Of a stretch of DNA of 64,000 nucleotides, positions 1 to 9,870 are shown piece by piece; positions within the stretch are counted from its first letter, which is position 1; every line of letters starts with the position of its first letter. Below the pieces are notes generated by a model. That model ran no database searches, was not told the DNA's origin, and saw only the letters and a list, made by a program, of their open reading frames with translations. The position numbers were made by a program, and so were the translations under genes. This DNA comes from Clostridia bacterium (GTDB lineage Bacteria > Bacillota > Clostridia > Oscillospirales > CAG-272): contig JAFTCN010000066.1 of NCBI GenBank assembly GCA_017454675.1, positions 1,579 to 65,578 on the forward strand, written 5' to 3'.

Positions 1-1758
1 GGTGCGGCGGGATTCCTCAATCTGCACCTTGTCGGCGACGGCGTCGAAGACCTTCTTCACGTCCTCCTCCGGAAGCAGGCCTAGCGCAAAGAGGCTGAGG
101 TCGGCCACCTCGTTCTTTTCGTCGACGACCATCACCACTTCGTTATAGTCGTTCGGCCAGCTGCCGTAGATGAGGTCGTACTGCGAATAGAAGACGTCGG
201 AGATCAGCCTGCCGTCGCGTCCGGGGAGCATCTCCTGGAAGAGGGTGGAGTACGACGAGGCTGACGACATCATCGAACTGAAGCCCGAGGCGCCCTGCCA
301 GCCGCCGCTGCCCGCGGCTCCGTCTCCGTCGCCGCTGCCGGTGTTGAAGATGCTCGACGACTGCTTTATGCGGTCGTTCATGTTCTTTATTATGAGGTCG
401 CGCATGAGCTCGTTGATATCCGAGTGGATGATCTTTCCGTCGGTGCTCTCGGTGTAGACCATGAGGTCGAGCGGATATACGTACTGCACTCCGCTTACCG
501 CGTTTCGCAGCCCGGTCGTGTCATCGGGATCGGCCATGTGCTCCTCGAGGTACGACTTGAAGGCGGTCAGGTCGTTCACGCTCGTCTCGATCGAGTTGAG
601 AGAGTTGACGAGGCTGTAGACCATTGCTTTCTGGTAGATGGCGTCGAGATCGTGCTCGCGGTTCGATTCGGCTTTTCCGAGGAAGGTCTCGATGAGAGAT
701 GAGAGCTCGATGGTCTCCGACTCAAGGGTCAGCGGATATGCGGTCAGAGTCTCCTCCTGGACGTTGTTTATGTAATTCGTGGCTCCGTTCGACACGGCAT
801 AGATCAGCGCGATGCCTATGATCCCTATGCTGCCGGCAAACGAGGTGAGAGCGGTGCGCCCCTTCTTGGTGAACAGATTGTTGAGCGAGAGCCCGAACGA
901 TGTGAAGATCGACATCGACGGCTTCCTCTCCTTCGGCCTGTTCCTGTCCTTCTTCTTCTTTCCGGTCCCGTCTGCTGCTTCCGGCGCACTGCCGGCGCCG
1001 CTTTTTACCTCTGCTTCTCCCGCCGCTCCTTTTTTCGCGGATGTACCGTCAGGAAGAGAGAAGGAAGCTGAAACGGAAGGGACGAACGGGTCGGTATCGC
1101 CGGTGATCAGTCCGTCGATCATGCTGACCGTGCGCGTCGCGTATCGTCCGGCGAGGTCGGGATTGTGCGTGACCATGACGACCAGGCGTTCCTTCGAGAT
1201 CTCCTTGAGTATCTCCATGACCTGGATGCCGGTCTCGGTGTCGAGGGCGCCGGTAGGCTCGTCGGCGAGCACGATGTCGGGATCGTTGACGATCGCCCTG
1301 GCGATGGCCACACGCTGCATCTGGCCGCCCGACATCTCGTTCGGCCGCTTGTTCAGCTGTCCGCCGAGACCGACCCGCTCGAGCGCCTCTCTGGCACGCC
1401 TTCTGCGCTCGGCGCGCGGCACGCCCGAGAGCGTCAGAGCCAGCTCAACGTTGCGCAGTACGGTCTGGTGGGGTATGAGGTTGTAGGTCTGGAATACGAA
1501 TCCCACCGAATGGTTCCGGTAGGCGTCCCAGTCGCGGTCGGAGTAGTCCTTCGTCGACCTGCCGTTTATCGAGAGATCGCCCTCGGTGTAGCTGTCGAGG
1601 CCGCCTATGATGTTGAGCATCGTCGTCTTTCCGCAGCCCGACGGGCCGAGGACGGCGACGAACTCGCAGTCGCGGAAGGCGAGATCTATGCCCCGGAGGG
1701 CGCGGACAGTCTCGGCTCCGGTGATGTAATCCTTTGTGATCTGCTTGAGTTCCAGCAT
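1..1758 (-). CDS. ABC transporter, fused ATP-binding (MacB/LolD-like) and FtsX-type permease protein; C-terminal part lies beyond the window
   Basis: Reverse-strand ATG at 1758..1756 with GGAAAGA upstream. The frame is open to position 1, and it is absent from the ORF track because it has no in-window stop. Hand translation: MLELKQITKDYITGAETVRALRGIDLAFRDCEFVAVLGPSGCGKTT (Walker A), MSGGQMQRVAIARA (ABC signature), VLADEPTGALD (Walker B). A Lys/Gly-rich linker and a hydrophobic FtsX-like segment (TSFAGSIGIIGIALIYAV) follow. Confidence 0.85.
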   Translation of the reverse strand, partial: MLELKQITKDYITGAETVRALRGIDLAFRDCEFVAVLGPSGCGKTTMLNIIGGLDSYTEGDLSINGRSTKDYSDRDWDAYRNHSVGFVFQTYNLIPHQTVLRNVELALTLSGVPRAERRRRAREALERVGLGGQLNKRPNEMSGGQMQRVAIARAIVNDPDIVLADEPTGALDTETGIQVMEILKEISKERLVVMVTHNPDLAGRYATRTVSMIDGLITGDTDPFVPSVSASFSLPDGTSAKKGAAGEAEVKSGAGSAPEAADGTGKKKKDRNRPKERKPSMSIFTSFGLSLNNLFTKKGRTALTSFAGSIGIIGIALIYAVSNGATNYINNVQEETLTAYPLTLESETIELSSLIETFLGKAESNREHDLDAIYQKAMVYSLVNSLNSIETSVNDLTAFKSYLEEHMADPDDTTGLRNAVSGVQYVYPLDLMVYTESTDGKIIHSDINELMRDLIIKNMNDRIKQSSSIFNTGSGDGDGAAGSGGWQGASGFSSMMSSASSYSTLFQEMLPGRDGRLISDVFYSQYDLIYGSWPNDYNEVVMVVDEKNEVADLSLFALGLLPEEDVKKVFDAVADKVQIEESRRT

Positions 1759-1832
1759 TTAATGTCTTTCCGTATAATATTTCGATTTTTGTTTCCTGAG
1801 AAGCATCCCATGGGTCCGTCGTCAGTGACGGG

Positions 1833-2558
1833 TCAGCCTCTGAATCCGCCGTCGACGGGAAGGACCGCGCCCGTTATGAAGGACGCCTCCTCCGACGCGA
1901 GGAAGAACACCGCCGAAGCGACCTCCTCCGGCGTTCCGAGCCTGCACAACGGCGTGGCCTCGCGGAGCGAGTCCTTCACTTCGTCTGTGAGGCCGCGGTT
2001 CATGTCGGTGTCGATGACCCCGGGCTCGACGCAGTTCACCGTGATGCCCGACGGCCCGAGTTCCTTGGCAAGCGCGGCGGTGAATCCGCGTATGGCCGCC
2101 TTGGAGGCCGAATAGTGGACCTCGCACGACGCTCCGCAGCCGCCCCAGACCGAACCGATGTTCACGATCCTGCCGCTGTGCGCACCGATCATGGCCGAGG
2201 ATACGCGCTGGGTCAGCGCGAATACGGCCGAGAGGTTGGTATCGATCATCGTCCGCCAGTCGCGCTGCGTGATCTGACCGTAGAGCTTGATCTGAGCGAT
2301 CCCGGCGGCATTGACGAGGATGTCGCAGCCGCGAAGCATGGAGAGCGCCTCGTCAGCCGCTGCAATCGAATTATTATACACCGCAAGATTGTATTTTATG
2401 TGACGCGCGCCTGTTTCTTCGGCGATTTTGCCGGCGGCCGCGGAATTTTCTCTGTAAATGAATACCACGTCGTCTCCGGCGGCGCAGAATCTTCTGACGC
2501 ACGCGGCGCCGATGCCGCGTGAGCCGCCGGTTACTATGACTTTTCTCGATTTTTTCAT
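1833..2558 (-). CDS. SDR family oxidoreductase (FabG-like 3-oxoacyl reductase)
   Basis: 241 aa. VTGGSRGIG dinucleotide-binding motif at the N-terminus and a catalytic YSASK (Y-x3-K). Confidence 0.85.
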   Translation of the reverse strand: MKKSRKVIVTGGSRGIGAACVRRFCAAGDDVVFIYRENSAAAGKIAEETGARHIKYNLAVYNNSIAAADEALSMLRGCDILVNAAGIAQIKLYGQITQRDWRTMIDTNLSAVFALTQRVSSAMIGAHSGRIVNIGSVWGGCGASCEVHYSASKAAIRGFTAALAKELGPSGITVNCVEPGVIDTDMNRGLTDEVKDSLREATPLCRLGTPEEVASAVFFLASEEASFITGAVLPVDGGFRG

Positions 2559-2610
2559 GATGTATGCCTCCGAACGGCGAAGGGCGCCGCCGTCAGACTT
2601 TTCAGAGCAT

Positions 2611-2648
2611 TTCCGCCGGCGCCCGCAAATAGGTGGGCGCCGGCGGAA
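2611..2648. terminator. GC-rich 14-bp hairpin between uracil permease and the SDR gene
   Basis: TTCCGCCGGCGCCC-10 nt loop-GGGCGCCGGCGGAA. There is no clear U-tract on either strand. Confidence 0.4.
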
Positions 2649-2692
2649 GATCGGTTAAGCGTATAAGAATCTGGTCAGAGAAAGGAAAGTGC

Positions 2693-4108
2693 TTATTCCT
2701 TCTTTTCCGCTTCGGGCTCTTTCTCTCCGGCTTTCGCCGCGGGAGCCTTTTCGCCCTTCGCGAGGATCACGTTAGCGAGGATGCCGAGTATGAGAGCCAC
2801 GGCTATCGAGGTGATCGTGATGCTGCCGAACAGCAGCTTGAGTCCGCCGACGCCGCAGATCAGTATTATCGAGGCGGGGAAGAGGTTGCGGTTGCTGTCA
2901 AGGTTGACCTTCTGGAGCATCTTGAGTCCGGAGACCGCGATGAAGCCGTAGAGCGTGATGCACACGCCGCCCATGACGCAGTACGGGATGGTCGCGAGGA
3001 AGGTCGTGAAGGGCGCGATGAAGGAGGCGACTATCGCGAGTATCGCGGTGGCGACCGTCGTGATGACGGAGGCGTTGCCGGAGATGGCTACGCAGCCGAC
3101 CGACTCGCCGTATGTGGTGTTGGGGCAGCCGCCGAAAAAGGCTCCCGCCATCGATCCGATGCCGTCGCCGAGGAGGGTGCGGTGAAGTCCGGGGTCCTCA
3201 AGCAGGTCGGCCTCGATGATCGAGGAGAGGTTCTTGTGGTCGGCGATGTGTTCGGCGAATACGACGAAGGCGACGGGCACGTAGGCCACCGCTATCGCGG
3301 CGATGTACTTGCCCATGCTTCCGACGGTCCCGTAATCATAGTTACCGCCGAAAGCGGTGAGGAAGGTGAATCCGGGGATCCACTTCATATCCTTGAAGGC
3401 GGTGAAATCAAGTATCTTGAGAGCATCGATGTTCGCGGAGTTGCCGATGAGGGTGAAGCAGAGCGCGACGGCGTATCCGGCGCAGATGCCTATGATGAAT
3501 GGTATCATCTTTGCCATCTTCCTGCCGTAGACCGAGCAGACGATGATGACGGTGAGTGTGACGAGGGCGACGATCAGGTTGACGCCCGTGCTGAGGTTGA
3601 CGATGTAGCTGCCGTTGGCGTCGACGAGCGCCTCGCCGGCGTTGGCATAGCCGAGAGAATTGAGGACGGCGTTGCCGGAGAGCGACAGTCCGATTATGGC
3701 GACCGTCGGCCCGATGATGACGGCGGGCATGAGCTTGTTGACCCAGCCGGCACCGGCGAACCGGATCACTATCGCGATGATAACGTATACGAGACCGGCC
3801 ATGACGGCTCCGATGATCATGCCGAGGTAGCCGAGAGAGGCGGAGACGCCTCCGGCGAACGCGGCGAACATCGAGGAGAGGAATGCGAACGAGGAGCCGA
3901 GGAACACGGGACTCCTGAATTTGGTCAGCACGAGGTAAACGAGGGTTCCGACGCCGGCTCCGAAGAGCGCCGCCGACTGCGACATTCCGTTTCCGACTAT
4001 CGCGGGCACCGCTATAGTGGCCGCGAGGATCGCCAGCAGCTGCTGGAGCGCGAAGACAATGATCTGCCCCGCCTTGGGTCTGTCGCTTACGTTGTAGACA
4101 AGTTTCAT
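2693..4108 (-). CDS. uraA: Uracil permease (NCS2 nucleobase:cation symporter family)
   Basis: UraA-like blocks GSSFAF, AEHIADH, DPGLHR and NTTYGE, with multiple TM segments. I place the start at the internal ATG 4108 (MKLVYNVSDRPK), which has a GGAGGG RBS 8-10 nt upstream. The 577-aa track ORF carries an implausible N-terminal extension. Confidence 0.85.
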   Translation of the reverse strand: MKLVYNVSDRPKAGQIIVFALQQLLAILAATIAVPAIVGNGMSQSAALFGAGVGTLVYLVLTKFRSPVFLGSSFAFLSSMFAAFAGGVSASLGYLGMIIGAVMAGLVYVIIAIVIRFAGAGWVNKLMPAVIIGPTVAIIGLSLSGNAVLNSLGYANAGEALVDANGSYIVNLSTGVNLIVALVTLTVIIVCSVYGRKMAKMIPFIIGICAGYAVALCFTLIGNSANIDALKILDFTAFKDMKWIPGFTFLTAFGGNYDYGTVGSMGKYIAAIAVAYVPVAFVVFAEHIADHKNLSSIIEADLLEDPGLHRTLLGDGIGSMAGAFFGGCPNTTYGESVGCVAISGNASVITTVATAILAIVASFIAPFTTFLATIPYCVMGGVCITLYGFIAVSGLKMLQKVNLDSNRNLFPASIILICGVGGLKLLFGSITITSIAVALILGILANVILAKGEKAPAAKAGEKEPEAEKKE

Positions 4109-4292
4109 CTGGACTTTCCCTCCGTGATTGTGAGGCGTTATGCTCTGTCTGCAAACAAAAACGCCGTTTCGGGAAGAACCACTGGAACGGCTGGAGCTTT
4201 TGCGCGCGACGCGTGAGCAGGCATTGCAGATATAAAGTTGCGGGCCATTGTCACTAATCGCGTCAGCCGATGTAGTTTTTCCGGTTGAGAAG

Positions 4293-4320
4293 ATTATATC
4301 ACAATATATTGTGTTTGTAA
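4293..4320 (-). promoter_or_regulatory. Sigma-A-type promoter of the uracil permease gene
   Basis: Reverse strand reads TTACAA-16 nt-TATAAT with an extended TGa upstream of the -10. It lies about 185 nt upstream of ATG 4108. Confidence 0.55.
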
Positions 4321-4433
4321 ACTCTTTTTTCCCGAAATGGAGGATTTTTTTTGCCGTACGGAGCTTTTTCGGGACGTGCGGAGCGGGAGCCGGCGCATGA
4401 TACGCCTTTTTTGCCCCGATGTTCATAAAATCC

Positions 4434-4462
4434 TTGCCAAGAACATATTTTAGTGTTATAAT
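4434..4462 (+). promoter_or_regulatory. Sigma-A-type promoter of murE
   Basis: TTGCCA-17 nt-TATAAT with an extended -10 TGt. Confidence 0.55.
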
Positions 4463-4519
4463 TATTCATTATGACGCGGCAGACCGCGCCGCATCAAAGT
4501 CAGCGGAGATGGACCGTCA

Positions 4520-6073
4520 ATGACAACTTACACACTTAAAGACTACAGAGATATGCTCGAGTCGCGCGGCATACTCGCGGGCTCGGAGCTGAAGGATCCG
4601 GAGACACCGGTGTTTGCCCTGTCGTTCGATTCGAGGGACGTCATACCGGGCACTCTTTTCATAGCCAAGGGGCTCCACTTCAGGGAGGAGTACCTCGAGT
4701 CGGCGCGTGTCTCGGGGGCGATATGCTACGTCGCCGAGAGGAAGATCGGAGATTCCTTCGGGAACCGCATGATCGTGAGCGATATGAGGGAGGCAATGGC
4801 CTGCCTCGCGAAGATGTTCTACCGCGACCCGCTGTCGTCGCTCGAATCGTTCGCCGTGACCGGCACCAAGGGAAAGACCACGTCGGTCACCTTCCTCAAG
4901 TACATCCTCGACCTTGACGCCGGGAGAAACGGAGGAAAGCCCGCTGGGCTGTCCTGCTCGGTCGATATCTTCGACGGAAGAGAACACATCGAGCCGGTCA
5001 ACACCACGCCGGAGGCCCCCGACCTCTGGAAGTATATGGCCTCGGCGAGGGACAGCGGCCTTTCGCGCTTTGCGGTAGAGGTGTCGTCGCAGGCGATAAA
5101 ATACAAGCGGACAGCCGGCATGACGTTCGACGTCGCGTGCCTCACGAACGTCGGATACGACCACATCGGCCCCGCCGAACACCCCGATTTCGAGGATTAC
5201 TTCACCACGAAACTGAAGATCTTCGACAGCTGCCGCAAGGCCTGCGTGAACATCGACGACCCGCTCTCGGGCAGGATGCTCGAGTATATCGGCGGACGCG
5301 TGCCCGTTATCACGTTCGGCATGAGCGAGGGCGCCGACGTGAGACTTTCCGACGTCTCGAGGGAGGGCGGACGCAGCGTCTTCACGATATCATTCGACGG
5401 CAGGCCGTGCCGCATGAGCATCTCGATGCCCGGCATGTTCAACGTCACGAACGCGCTCTACGCCGCCGCGATGGCGTACGCAGCAGGGATCTCTCCGGAG
5501 ACGGTGCGAGATGCCGTAGCCGACGCGAGAGTGAAGGGCAGGATGCTGAAATACAGTTCCGCCGACGGAAAACTCGTCATACTCATCGACTACGCCCACA
5601 ACGGCATGAGCTTCTCGGCGCTGTTCGATTCGCTCGACGCCGAATATCCGGACACCCGCCGGGTCATAATATACGGATGGCACGGCAATAAGGGTGAGAA
5701 CCGCAGGCACGACATCGGGGTCGTGACGGGCGAGCGTGCGGATCTCACCGTCATCACCGAAAAGGACTCGGCGGACGAGCCCTTCGAGAAGATAGCGGAC
5801 GAGGTGAAGCACTGGATCACCTCGGTTGGAGGAAGGTGCGCCGTCATAAAGGACAGGGAATGCGCCCTGCGCGCCGCCGTCGCCGCCGACCTGTCGGACA
5901 CTCCGCGGAAAACGGACGGGGATCCCGACCCGGACAGACGTGTGGTCGTCTTCGCCGGAAGAGGCGAGGAGGACTGGCAGAAATGGGGAGGCAGCTACTA
6001 CCGCTGGCCGACCGACCCCGAGATGACCGAAAAGATCATAACGGAATACGATTCGGTGCATCCGGCGGACTGA
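4520..6073 (+). CDS. murE: Mur ligase, UDP-N-acetylmuramoyl-L-alanyl-D-glutamate--diamino acid ligase (MurE-like)
   Basis: 517 aa. VTGTKGKTT P-loop, the IDYAHN motif and MurE-like N-terminal region (FDSRDVIPGTLFIA). The third-position amino-acid specificity cannot be read from the sequence. Confidence 0.8.
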   Translation: MTTYTLKDYRDMLESRGILAGSELKDPETPVFALSFDSRDVIPGTLFIAKGLHFREEYLESARVSGAICYVAERKIGDSFGNRMIVSDMREAMACLAKMFYRDPLSSLESFAVTGTKGKTTSVTFLKYILDLDAGRNGGKPAGLSCSVDIFDGREHIEPVNTTPEAPDLWKYMASARDSGLSRFAVEVSSQAIKYKRTAGMTFDVACLTNVGYDHIGPAEHPDFEDYFTTKLKIFDSCRKACVNIDDPLSGRMLEYIGGRVPVITFGMSEGADVRLSDVSREGGRSVFTISFDGRPCRMSISMPGMFNVTNALYAAAMAYAAGISPETVRDAVADARVKGRMLKYSSADGKLVILIDYAHNGMSFSALFDSLDAEYPDTRRVIIYGWHGNKGENRRHDIGVVTGERADLTVITEKDSADEPFEKIADEVKHWITSVGGRCAVIKDRECALRAAVAADLSDTPRKTDGDPDPDRRVVVFAGRGEEDWQKWGGSYYRWPTDPEMTEKIITEYDSVHPAD

Positions 6074-6194
6074 GAGGCGGCAGCACCCTCCGCGGAAGCC
6101 GCGCCGATATCGCTGCAATGACGTGCCGCAGGTCATCCGCACAGGCGGTTTTTCGTTCGCGGCGGCTGTTTTTTGAGGATTTCCGGTTTTTTGT

Positions 6195-6223
6195 TTGACA
6201 AAAAGGCGGAAATAAAGTATAAT
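6195..6223 (+). promoter_or_regulatory. Consensus sigma-A promoter of the rpiR-family gene
   Basis: TTGACA-17 nt-TATAAT, an exact consensus. Confidence 0.65.
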
Positions 6224-6280
6224 TTAACAATACTGCTTTTACCCGCGGATCTTTTCGCCGCGATTTTTCAGGTGACGCGT

Positions 6281-7144
6281 ATGAAAAAGAATCTCTTATC
6301 CGAAATCGAAAGACGGATGCCCGAGTTCTCGAAGGCGCAGAAGCTTCTGTCTTCGTTCATACTCGAGCATTACGACAGGGCGGCGTATCTTACGGCGTCG
6401 AAGCTCGGCAAGACCGCCGGGGTATCCGAATCGACCGTCGTCCGCTTTGCCATCGAGCTCGGATACGACGGATATCCTGAGATGCAGCGCGAGCTGCAGG
6501 AGATCATCCGCTCGAGGCTGACGTCGGTCCAGCGCATGGAGATCACCGACGAGCTCATAGGCGGCGGCAGCGTGCTCGACAGCGTCCTGCTCGCCGACGC
6601 CGACAGGATCAAGACTACTCTTGCCTCGATAGACAGGGCGGCCTTCGACGAAGCGGTGGAGAAGATAGTCGCGGCGGGGAAGATATACATCATCGGAGTG
6701 CGTTCTTCGTCGCTCCTTGCGGGATTCCTCAATTACAATCTCCGGATGATCTTCGACAATCTCGTGTTCGTCCAGACCACCTCGGGCAGCGAGATGTTCG
6801 AGCAGATCATGAACATTACGAAAGACGACCTGCTCATCGCTGTGAGCTTCCCGCGCTATTCGACGAGAGTCATAAACGCGGTGGAATTCGCCCGCGCGGC
6901 GGGCGCCGACGTTGTGTCGATAACCGACGGCCCCCAGTCGCCGATCGCGGCGTCGGCCGACCAGCTGCTCACCGCGAGGTCGGACATGGCCTCGTACGTC
7001 GATTCTCTCGCGGCCCCGCTCTCGATCATCAACGCAATTATCGTCGCGGTGTCGAGAAAAAAGTCCGACGCGGTAAAGACGAGGCTCGAGAAGCTCGAGA
7101 AGATATGGGACGAGTACGACGTCTACGACAAGAGGCGCGGATGA
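6281..7144 (+). CDS. MurR/RpiR family transcriptional regulator (HTH + SIS domain)
   Basis: Start moved to ATG 6281 (MKKNLLSEIERRMPEFSKAQKLL). It has the RpiR-type N-terminal HTH (AGVSESTVVRFAIELGYDGY) and a SIS-like C-terminal half. A consensus promoter lies upstream. Confidence 0.8.
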   Translation: MKKNLLSEIERRMPEFSKAQKLLSSFILEHYDRAAYLTASKLGKTAGVSESTVVRFAIELGYDGYPEMQRELQEIIRSRLTSVQRMEITDELIGGGSVLDSVLLADADRIKTTLASIDRAAFDEAVEKIVAAGKIYIIGVRSSSLLAGFLNYNLRMIFDNLVFVQTTSGSEMFEQIMNITKDDLLIAVSFPRYSTRVINAVEFARAAGADVVSITDGPQSPIAASADQLLTARSDMASYVDSLAAPLSIINAIIVAVSRKKSDAVKTRLEKLEKIWDEYDVYDKRRG

Positions 7145-7161
7145 GCCGCGCGGCAGGATAA

Positions 7162-8439
7162 ATGAGCGGCACAGGCATTTCCGTGCCCGGTCCCGGAAGA
7201 GACCGGAAGACCGTCGCAGTGATAGGCGGCGGGCCTGCCGGGATGACTGCGGCGATCACCGCCGCCGAGGCGGGCGCCGACGTCACGCTCTTCGAGCGCA
7301 ACGGCCCCGGATGCACCGGCAGGAAGCTGGGGATCACCGGCAAGGGCAGGTGCAATCTCACCAATCTGTGCGGGCGCGACGTCTTCCTCGAGAATGTCGT
7401 GACCAACCCGAAATTTCTATATTCCGCATTCAACTCGTTTCCGCCGGCCGACGTCATGGCGTGGTTCGAACGCATGGGAGTCCCGCTCAAGACAGAGCGC
7501 GGCCGCAGGGTGTTCCCTCAGTCGGACAGGGCGTCGGACATAGTCGCGGCGCTTCGCGAAAGACTTTCCGAGGTCGGAGTAAAAACGGTCGGCGGAAAGG
7601 TGACCTCCCTCACGGCGGTCGACGGCGCCTACTGCCTCACCGCGGGCGGCAGGGACGGCATATTCGACGCCGCCGTTCTGGCGACCGGCGGGCTGTCGTA
7701 CCAGATGACAGGCTCCGACGGCTCGGGCTACCGGCTCGCCGCAGCTCTCGGCCACACTCTTTCCGAGCCGCGCGCCGCCCTCGTGCCGATTGTTTCGCCG
7801 TGGGCCGGCTGTGCGAGGATGCAGGGCCTGACTCTTAAGAACGTCTCGATGTCGGTGAGGGAGAACAGCACCGGAAAGACCGTCTTCGAGGATTTCGGCG
7901 AACTTCTCTTCACACATTTCGGGATCAGCGGGCCGATGGCGCTGACGGCGTCGTCGAAGCTCCGCGAAGTGGTCCCGGGCAGATATACCGCCTGTATCGA
8001 TCTCAAGCCGGCGCTCGACCGCCGTATGCTCGAGCGGCGGGTGCTCTCCGATTTCTCGTCGGAACTCAACCGCGATTTCTCGAACTCGCTCGACGGCCTG
8101 CTGCCGCGCAAAATGATACCTGTATTCACCGAACTCACGGGCATCGATCCCGGGAAAAAGGTGAATTCGGTGACGAAAGAGGAGCGCGAGAGGATCACGG
8201 GGCTGCTGAAGTGTTTCGAGATACCGCTCGACCGGCTTCGTCCGATCGACGAGGCCATAGTGACGTCGGGAGGGATCCCGGTGTCGGAGATAAGACCCGC
8301 CACGATGGAGTCGAAGCTCTCTCCCGGACTTTATTTCGCCGGGGAGATCATCGACACCGACGCCCTCACGGGCGGATACAATCTGCAGATCGCCTGGTGC
8401 ACCGGACATCTCGCCGGACTCTCGGCGGCATCCGTATGA
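7162..8439 (+). CDS. NAD(P)/FAD-dependent oxidoreductase, HI0933/YhiN/BaiN-like flavoprotein
   Basis: 425 aa. VAVIGGGPAGMTAA Rossmann motif, TGKGRCNLTN, and a C-terminal GGYNLQIAWCTG typical of this family. Confidence 0.75.
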   Translation: MSGTGISVPGPGRDRKTVAVIGGGPAGMTAAITAAEAGADVTLFERNGPGCTGRKLGITGKGRCNLTNLCGRDVFLENVVTNPKFLYSAFNSFPPADVMAWFERMGVPLKTERGRRVFPQSDRASDIVAALRERLSEVGVKTVGGKVTSLTAVDGAYCLTAGGRDGIFDAAVLATGGLSYQMTGSDGSGYRLAAALGHTLSEPRAALVPIVSPWAGCARMQGLTLKNVSMSVRENSTGKTVFEDFGELLFTHFGISGPMALTASSKLREVVPGRYTACIDLKPALDRRMLERRVLSDFSSELNRDFSNSLDGLLPRKMIPVFTELTGIDPGKKVNSVTKEERERITGLLKCFEIPLDRLRPIDEAIVTSGGIPVSEIRPATMESKLSPGLYFAGEIIDTDALTGGYNLQIAWCTGHLAGLSAASV

Positions 8440-8503
8440 GACATGCCGAAGGCGGCAGACACAAAGCGGAACAAAAGATTTGTTTTCGAAGGAAAAGGGT
8501 GAC

Positions 8504-9214
8504 ATGACTGTTCTTCCCGACGGAAAGCTGCATTTCAACATCGCCATAGACGGCCCGAGCGGCGCCGGAAAGAGCACGCTCGCCAAAATGATCGCGGCCT
8601 CGCTCGGCATACCGTATGTCGACACCGGAGCCATTTACCGCACGGTCGGATACGCGGTCCGTGAGAGGGGCATCGATCCCGACGACGGGGAGGCCGTGGC
8701 CTCCATGCTGCCGTCGGTCAGGATCGAGGCCGATTTCACCGGCGGAGCCCAGCAGATGATTCTGGACGGGCGTCCGCTCGGAGAGCTTATCAGGAATCAC
8801 GAGATATCGTCCTACGCATCGAAAGTGTCGGCGCACCCGGCTGTACGAGGCTTCCTGCTCGAGATGCAGCGGGACATCGCCAGGAGGAATTCGGTGGTGA
8901 TGGACGGCCGCGACATCGGGACCGTTATACTTCCCGGCGCCGAAGTCAAGATCTTCCTCAGCGCAGGTGACGAGTGCCGCGCGAGGCGCAGGTTCGACGA
9001 ACTGCGGGCCTCGGGTTCCGACATCACCTTCGACAAGGTCCTCTCTGATATCCGCGAGCGCGACCGCCGCGACAGCAGTCGCGACACCGCCCCCCTCAGG
9101 CCGGCGGACGACGCCGTTCTGCTCGACAATACGCTCCTCGACGCCGACGCGACTCTTCGGGCGGCGCTGGGCATCATCAGACAGAAAGTCCCCGGGGCAG
9201 CTGTAAAGTCATGA
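8504..9214 (+). CDS. cmk: Cytidylate kinase
   Basis: IAIDGPSGAGKST P-loop and a Cmk-like core (GIPYVDTGAIYR, VMDGRDIGTVILP). Start taken at ATG 8504, preceded by GGAAAAGGG. Confidence 0.9.
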   Translation: MTVLPDGKLHFNIAIDGPSGAGKSTLAKMIAASLGIPYVDTGAIYRTVGYAVRERGIDPDDGEAVASMLPSVRIEADFTGGAQQMILDGRPLGELIRNHEISSYASKVSAHPAVRGFLLEMQRDIARRNSVVMDGRDIGTVILPGAEVKIFLSAGDECRARRRFDELRASGSDITFDKVLSDIRERDRRDSSRDTAPLRPADDAVLLDNTLLDADATLRAALGIIRQKVPGAAVKS

Positions 9215-9870
9215 AGAGCCGCACTTACAAAGTGATGCGGTTCTTGCTCGCATGGCTCTTCCGGATCATCTTTCTTGTCATTCCTCACGGAAGGAAGAAC
9301 GAGCCGAAACTGTCTGAAGGACCGTATATGCTCTGTTCGAACCATATGTCGGCGATAGATCCGATCATGATCTGCGACGTCCTCTCGAGACAGCAGCCGC
9401 GCTTCATGGCGAAAAAGGAGCTCTTCGGGATCCCGCTCTTCGGACGGCTGATAACAGCCCTGGGCGCTTTCCCGGTAGACCGCAGCGGCAGGGACGCGGG
9501 CGTGCTCGTGAGGACGGTGAAGATGCTGAGCGAGGGCTATTCGGTGGGAGTCTTCCCGCAGGGGACCAGACGCCCCGGAGTACATCCTTCGGCGACCCCG
9601 GTCAGGGCCGGCATCGGTGTCATATGCGAGCACAGCAAGGTCACCGTGCTGCCCGTCTTCCTCAAAACGAAGAACTTCAGGGTGCGCTTCCTTCGCCCCA
9701 CACACGTCTACGTCGGAAGACCCATAACATACGACGAATACACCTCCGGCGGAGAACACGCCGGCGACAGACAGTATATAATGGAGTACATCTTCGGGCG
9801 CATATGCGAACTCGACCCGGAATACAGAAAGCCGGAAGAAGCGGGCAGTGCCCCCGCAGCGGACAGATGA
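9211..9870 (+). CDS. plsC: 1-acyl-sn-glycerol-3-phosphate acyltransferase
   Basis: NHMSAIDP (H-x4-D) and FPQGTR acyltransferase motifs. There is a 4-nt ATGA overlap with cmk. Confidence 0.85.
   Translation: MKSRTYKVMRFLLAWLFRIIFLVIPHGRKNEPKLSEGPYMLCSNHMSAIDPIMICDVLSRQQPRFMAKKELFGIPLFGRLITALGAFPVDRSGRDAGVLVRTVKMLSEGYSVGVFPQGTRRPGVHPSATPVRAGIGVICEHSKVTVLPVFLKTKNFRVRFLRPTHVYVGRPITYDEYTSGGEHAGDRQYIMEYIFGRICELDPEYRKPEEAGSAPAADR

Noticed and set aside
4109-4292. A purine (guanine/adenine) riboswitch in the permease leader.
   Set aside because: I could not find the conserved junction and loop core I remember (UAUAAU...AUAUGG...CCGUAAA...GACUA). The leader is kept only as an unclassified attenuator candidate.
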